A DNA stretch of 64,000 nucleotides from Anaeromyxobacteraceae bacterium (GTDB lineage Bacteria; Myxococcota; Myxococcia; Myxococcales; Anaeromyxobacteraceae), in NCBI GenBank assembly GCA_032654565.1, contig JAULAX010000015.1:352001-416000 (forward strand), given 5' to 3'. This document shows, one piece after another, positions 59,134-64,000 of this stretch (position 1 is the stretch's first letter; every line of letters begins with the position of its first letter). The notes beneath the pieces are model-generated. The model made no database searches. It was given only the letters and a program-made list of their open reading frames with translations, and was not told the origin of the DNA. The translations under genes and the position numbers were made by a program.

Positions 59134-59745
59134 TCAGCGGCGGGGCGCGGCGGACCAGGCCAGCGCCAGCAGCAGGCCGGGGACCAGCGCGGCCGGCAGG
59201 CTGGCCGCCTGGTTGATGAGGAGCAGCCAGGAGCCGCCGCCGAGGAGCGTCGCCAGCCACCGGGCCGGGCCGGGGCGGGCGGGGCCGAGCAGCAGGGCGC
59301 CGGCGATGGCCACGCCGAGCGCCGCCGCCGCCGGCAGCGCCAGCTCGCCGCGCGCCGCCAGCAGCCGCTCCCAGCACCCCGAGAGGAGCACGGCGAAGAC
59401 CGCCACCGAACCCACCGAGAGCGCCAGCACCGCGCCGGCCGCGGCGTCCTTGGCCAGGCGCGCCCCCGCCGACGGCGCCCCGCCGGCCAGATCCACCGCC
59501 GCCTCCAGCGCCGTGTTGGCCGCCTCGGCGGCGATCACCGCGAAGACGCAGAGCAGCAGCAGGGCCCGCTCCGCAGGCGAGAGCGGCGCCACCGCGGCGA
59601 AGCCACCGGCCAGCAGCCCCGCCACCAGCTGGAGCCGCAGGTTGCGCTGCCCGGCGGCGTCGCGCAGGCCGCGCAGGGCGAAGCCGACCGAGGCCTGGAA
59701 GGAGCCGCGCCCGCCCCCTGCTCCGCTCGGACCGTCGGTCGGCAT
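59134..59745 (-). CDS. Prokaryotic diacylglycerol/undecaprenol kinase-like membrane protein with C-terminal extension
   Basis: FALRGL..QRNLRL, EAANTALEAAVDL, AKDAAAGAVL. Confidence 0.75.
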   Translation of the reverse strand: MPTDGPSGAGGGRGSFQASVGFALRGLRDAAGQRNLRLQLVAGLLAGGFAAVAPLSPAERALLLLCVFAVIAAEAANTALEAAVDLAGGAPSAGARLAKDAAAGAVLALSVGSVAVFAVLLSGCWERLLAARGELALPAAAALGVAIAGALLLGPARPGPARWLATLLGGGSWLLLINQAASLPAALVPGLLLALAWSAAPRR

Positions 59746-59795
59746 CGGTCCATTGTGGCACGGCCGGGAGGTGCCCGGCAACGGCCACCCTCCGC

Positions 59796-62700
59796 CTACG
59801 GGACCATCACCCGGACCACGCTGTCGGCCGTCGTGGTGAAGAAGAGGAGCGGCGTCCCGGTGCCGGTCGTCACCAGCGCCAGCCGGTTCGGCGTCGCCGG
59901 CCCCAGCCTGGACGCGAACGGCCCCGCCATGGAGCCCGCCGTGGCCAGCGTCAGCTGGCCGCTCGCGCTGTCCTGCCAGGCCAGCCGCGCCGCTCCCGGC
60001 GCCAGCGACAGGGCCAGGTCCGAACCCGGGCTGGCCGGAGCGGCCGCCACCGTGGACGTCGCGCCGCAGGTGCCGCTGCAGCTGGCGGAGCTGACCAGCC
60101 CGGTGGTGCCGTCCTGCCAGACCAGCGCCGCGCCGCCGCCGGCCGGGGCCAGCCGCAGCTGCCGCGTCGAGGTGGCGCCGGCCACCGCCACCGTCGACAG
60201 GAGGGCGCCTCCGGTGCCCAGGGCCGCGTAAACCAGCTGCCCGGTCGGGTCCACCCAGGCCATGTGGCGGGACCCGCCATCGAACGGCGTCAGGCCGATG
60301 AACCTGCCCGAGCCGCTCCCGGCGGCGACGCTCGAGTTCACGGCGCCGATGCTCCACACCTGGCCGGCAGCCGGCTGGCCGAGGCCGCAGCTGCCGGAGC
60401 AGAGCGTCATCAGCCCGTAGTCGGTGACGCCGAGGCGAAGGGCGAAGGCCAGCGAGAGCCGCCCGTCGGTGTCCACCGCCAGCGACAGCCACCGGCCGGC
60501 GTCCGGGGCGGCCGAGCCGTCGGCCGCGCAGCCAGAGCCGTCGGGCACCAGGGCGGAGACCCGCGGGTCGATCCGCGACCAGGCGCCACCGCTGAAGGTG
60601 GCCAGCCCGATGGAGCAGGCGGCGATGCCCGAGGCCGAGGCCGTGAGCGTCTTGTAGGCCACCGCGATCTGACCGACCGCGTCCACCACCACGTCCACCG
60701 GGCGGGGCTCGTCGCCCGCGGTCCAGGTCAGCACCCCCAGGCCGGAGTCCACGTCGCCGCCCACCTGCGCCCAGGTGGCGCCACCCGGAGAGTTGCAGCC
60801 GGCCGTGCACCTCCAGACCTGCACCCGGCCGCCGGCGGTGGCGGCGTCGTAGGTCGCCACCACCGGAAGGCCGGCCCCGTCCACGGTGGCCGCCAGGAAG
60901 GTCGCCGGGAAGGGCAGCGGAATGCCCAGCGGGACCTCGAGGCCATGTTCCGTGGACCCGGAATGTGTGCCGTCGCTCACCGTGAGCCGGACCAGGTAGG
61001 ACCCCACCACCTCAGGCGAGAAGCTGGTAGTCACGCTGGTTGAGTTGGCGATCACCGCGACGCTGCCGGGCGGCCTGGAGACCAGCTGCCAGCTGTAGGT
61101 GAGCGACTGGCCCAGGGAGCAGGCGACGCTGTCCGGGTCGGAGGAGCCGCTCGCGTCGAGCGAGATGATGCTGCCCGGGGTCGCGGTGGGCTGCAAGAGG
61201 AAGTGGGCCACCGGCGCCTGCAGGCCGCAGCTGCCGACGGTGACCGTCAGCGGCATCACCACCGAGCGGGCGCCCCGGCGCACCGTGACCGCCACGTCGT
61301 AGGTGCCGGACCGGTCCGGAGTGAAGGAGCTGGTGGACTGGGTCGCCCCGGCCAGGGTGGCGCTGCTCCCGGCTGGCGTGCTGAGCAGCCGCCACTCGTA
61401 GTAGCAGTCGGGAACGGCCGCGCAGCTGGGGCCCGTGGGCATGTCGGTCGCGGTGATCCCGAGCTGGATGGGGCTGGCGAGGTAGAAGGTCGAGGCCAGC
61501 CCGGTGAGGACCGTGGGGACCGGCACCGTCGGCACGGTCTGCGCCACGGCGTAGGAGTTGATGGTGAGCACCGGCGTCGTGGAGGTGACCGTCGTCGTCC
61601 GGGAGCCTCGCAGGCCGGCGCTGTCGGTGGCCACCACCTCGATGTCGTAGGCGCCGTCCACGTCCGGCACGAAGCTGGGGGCCAGGGTCCCCGCCGCGAG
61701 CAGCACCGCGGCACTCCCGGCCGGGACCCTGGTGAAGCGCCAGGAGAGGGTGGACGGGTCGACGAGGCTGCAGGGCGGCGCGGTGTCGGCGTCGGTGACG
61801 ATCGCGCTCAACCCCACCGGGGCGAGGGTGGCCGGGGAGGCCGGGGTGATCGTGACCGTCGAGACCACCGGTGGCCTGGTCCCGCAGCTGGAGGTGGCCG
61901 CCACCGCGAAGGTGGTGATGCTGGAGGCGCCGGTCGAGTCGCTGGCGGCCAGCTCCAGCAGGTAGCTGCCGGCCAGGTCCGGCGTGAAGGCGGTGGTCAG
62001 CGCGTCGGTGGGGGAGAGGCTGGCCAGGCTGCCGGCCGGCACGCTCGCCAGCCGCCAGGCCAGCGAGAGCCCCTGCGGAGGCAGGCCGCAGGTGGTGGAG
62101 TCCAGGTCGGTCACGTTGGCCGTGACCGCGACGGCGCGGAGGGGCGAGAGCGGCGTCGGCGCGGCGCGGGTGGAGGTGACCGTGACCCCGCCGAGGACCT
62201 GCACCGCCGCGAAGGCCGGCGCGCTGCCGTCGGCGGGGGCCGGTGCGTGGGCGCCGCACTCGTCGGCGGTCACCGACCAGCGGACCGGCGCGCTCACCGC
62301 CCCGCTCGAGGCCGTGGCCGTCAGCTCCACCAGGTAGGGCGTGCCGAGGCTGGGGCGCTGCGGGGAGAAGGTGACCACCGGCCCCTGCTGCGCGCTCCAG
62401 GTGGCGGTGGCGCCGGCCGGCGCCGAGACCAGCCGCCAGTCGAGCCGCGCCACCGAGCCACGCAGCCTCGCCGGGCAGGTGGCGTCGATGGCCGGCATGG
62501 AGGCCGAGCCGAGCAGCGTGGCGCTGCCGTAGGTGTTGACCGTGCTCGTCGAGCCGGCTTCCACCACGGCCACCGGCGCCACCGCCCCGCACGGCGACGA
62601 CGCCAGCGTCAGCTGGGCCATGGCCTGGTTGCCGAAGGTGTCGGTGACGGTCACCGCCACCTGCCAGGTGCCCGCCGCCACGTCGGCCACCAGGGTGGGA

Positions 62701-64000
62701 GAGGAGGCGGTGGCGGAGGAGAGGGCGGCGCTGCTCCCGGGCGGCCGGGACAGGATGGTCCACTGGTAGGCGAGCTCGACCGGGACGGCGCCGCAGCTGC
62801 CGGGGCTGGCCACGACGCCCAGCCTGGCCCCTCCACCGGCGTGGAGCGCGGTCGAGGGCGCGCCGTCGGGCTCGGTGAAGGCGGCGGACATCCCGCCCAG
62901 CGCCGGCGCGGCGGTGCAGGCGCCCACCTGGAGGGAGCCCTGCGCCGTGCTGGCGAAGCCGCCCTGGTCGGCCACCTGGGCCTGGACCGTGTAGGTGCCG
63001 GGCCGGTCGGGCACGAAGATCCCGCTGGCCGGGTCGATGGCGGCCGCGCTGACCGCCGGACGCCCCACCAGGCTGAAGCGGGTGGAGAACAGCGGCGCCG
63101 CCACGCAGACGTCGGTGACCGGTCCGGCCAGCCCGGCGGTCACGGTCGCCCCCACCTGGGCCCCGCCGGTGAAGGCCAGCGGCGGCAGCGCCGGGCCGCA
63201 GGCGCCGGTGGCCACCGACGCCACGACCGGCGCCGAGACCAGGCCGGTGCCGTCGCGCACGGTCACTTCCCACTCCCAGGTGCCGGCCACGTCGGCGATG
63301 AAGTCGTGGGTCAGCCCCCCGGTGAACCCGGTCGTGCCGGTGGCCGCGGAGCCGGCCGGCGCCGAGCGGAGCTGCCACCGGTAGGCGAACGACTCGGCCC
63401 GGGGCGGGGAGCAGACGCCGCCGGCGGCGGGGAGCGCGGTGTCGGCGTCCCAGGCCGTGGCGGTCATGGTGATGCTCGAGCCGACCGCCGGGCGCGAGGC
63501 CGGGGTGCTCACGCTGGTGAGGACCGGGGCGCTGCCGCCGCAGGCGGCCACGTCCACCGAGAGGGTGCGGGGCGGCGCCGCCTGCCCGGTGGTGTCGGCC
63601 ACGGTGAGCGAGACCAGGTAGTGGCCGCCCGCCACGTCCGGGACGAAGGCCGGCGCCGGGGCGGTGGTCGAGGTGAGCGTGGCGCTGCTGCCGGCCGGTC
63701 GCTCCAGCAGGGCCCAGGTGTAGGTGACGTCGCCCGGGGAGACCGGACCGCAGCCGAGCGTCACCGACGGCGAGGTGAGCTGGACCAGCGCCCCGGCGTA
63801 GACCTCGCCGGCCGGAAGGGAGAGCGGCCCCACCGTCGGGACCGCGCCCTTCACCGGGTTGGAGCAGGTGCCGGTGCCGCCGTCGCAGACGCCGGCCAGG
63901 TGGCAGGCGTCCCGGGCGCCGCAGACCACCCCCTTGCAGCGGTCGAGCGGTTCGGTGGCCTTCTGCGAGCAGGCGGCGAGCAGGAGCGCGGCGGCGACGA
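59796..64000 (-). CDS. Large surface lipoprotein with ~9 PKD/Ig-like repeats (start just outside window)
   Basis: Frame is open to the window edge with lipobox LLLAAC; repeated W.L.S.PAGS.A....F.PD..G.Y modules. Confidence 0.85.
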   Translation of the reverse strand, partial: VAAALLLAACSQKATEPLDRCKGVVCGARDACHLAGVCDGGTGTCSNPVKGAVPTVGPLSLPAGEVYAGALVQLTSPSVTLGCGPVSPGDVTYTWALLERPAGSSATLTSTTAPAPAFVPDVAGGHYLVSLTVADTTGQAAPPRTLSVDVAACGGSAPVLTSVSTPASRPAVGSSITMTATAWDADTALPAAGGVCSPPRAESFAYRWQLRSAPAGSAATGTTGFTGGLTHDFIADVAGTWEWEVTVRDGTGLVSAPVVASVATGACGPALPPLAFTGGAQVGATVTAGLAGPVTDVCVAAPLFSTRFSLVGRPAVSAAAIDPASGIFVPDRPGTYTVQAQVADQGGFASTAQGSLQVGACTAAPALGGMSAAFTEPDGAPSTALHAGGGARLGVVASPGSCGAVPVELAYQWTILSRPPGSSAALSSATASSPTLVADVAAGTWQVAVTVTDTFGNQAMAQLTLASSPCGAVAPVAVVEAGSTSTVNTYGSATLLGSASMPAIDATCPARLRGSVARLDWRLVSAPAGATATWSAQQGPVVTFSPQRPSLGTPYLVELTATASSGAVSAPVRWSVTADECGAHAPAPADGSAPAFAAVQVLGGVTVTSTRAAPTPLSPLRAVAVTANVTDLDSTTCGLPPQGLSLAWRLASVPAGSLASLSPTDALTTAFTPDLAGSYLLELAASDSTGASSITTFAVAATSSCGTRPPVVSTVTITPASPATLAPVGLSAIVTDADTAPPCSLVDPSTLSWRFTRVPAGSAAVLLAAGTLAPSFVPDVDGAYDIEVVATDSAGLRGSRTTTVTSTTPVLTINSYAVAQTVPTVPVPTVLTGLASTFYLASPIQLGITATDMPTGPSCAAVPDCYYEWRLLSTPAGSSATLAGATQSTSSFTPDRSGTYDVAVTVRRGARSVVMPLTVTVGSCGLQAPVAHFLLQPTATPGSIISLDASGSSDPDSVACSLGQSLTYSWQLVSRPPGSVAVIANSTSVTTSFSPEVVGSYLVRLTVSDGTHSGSTEHGLEVPLGIPLPFPATFLAATVDGAGLPVVATYDAATAGGRVQVWRCTAGCNSPGGATWAQVGGDVDSGLGVLTWTAGDEPRPVDVVVDAVGQIAVAYKTLTASASGIAACSIGLATFSGGAWSRIDPRVSALVPDGSGCAADGSAAPDAGRWLSLAVDTDGRLSLAFALRLGVTDYGLMTLCSGSCGLGQPAAGQVWSIGAVNSSVAAGSGSGRFIGLTPFDGGSRHMAWVDPTGQLVYAALGTGGALLSTVAVAGATSTRQLRLAPAGGGAALVWQDGTTGLVSSASCSGTCGATSTVAAAPASPGSDLALSLAPGAARLAWQDSASGQLTLATAGSMAGPFASRLGPATPNRLALVTTGTGTPLLFFTTTADSVVRVMVP

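Overview
High-GC bacterial window; gene content and codon usage suggest an Anaeromyxobacter-like Myxococcota genome (inference). The backbone is a long surface-polysaccharide region: ugd, GT2/methyltransferase, gmd, fcl, O-antigen ligase-TPR, wzc, a lower-GC wzx/wzy/GT/asnB/wecA-like block, nucleotide-sugar dehydrogenase/epimerase, capD-like dehydratase, and a second wzb-wza-wzc-wzi export set. It is flanked by hppA on the left and a large PKD-repeat lipoprotein on the right. Two accessory islands (~15.7-26.3 kb and ~42.8-48.3 kb) consist almost wholly of toxin-antitoxin modules. These modules are separated by families of direct repeats: a ~90 bp terminator+promoter+LexA-box-like unit (x3), a 154 bp unit (x2) and a 35 bp unit (x4). 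The last two share a 16 bp core that also occurs inside an adjacent DUF222-like HNH nuclease gene, giving a cassette-array architecture with no integrase in the window. Many toxins are deleted while their antitoxins survive. Other highlights: a 343-aa LAGLIDADG intein in gmd, an AT-rich synonymous patch over the ugd catalytic motif, a 7-bp duplication frameshifting the HNH gene, and a synonymous-diverged second copy of the wzc 3' end marking a polysaccharide-cluster swap.
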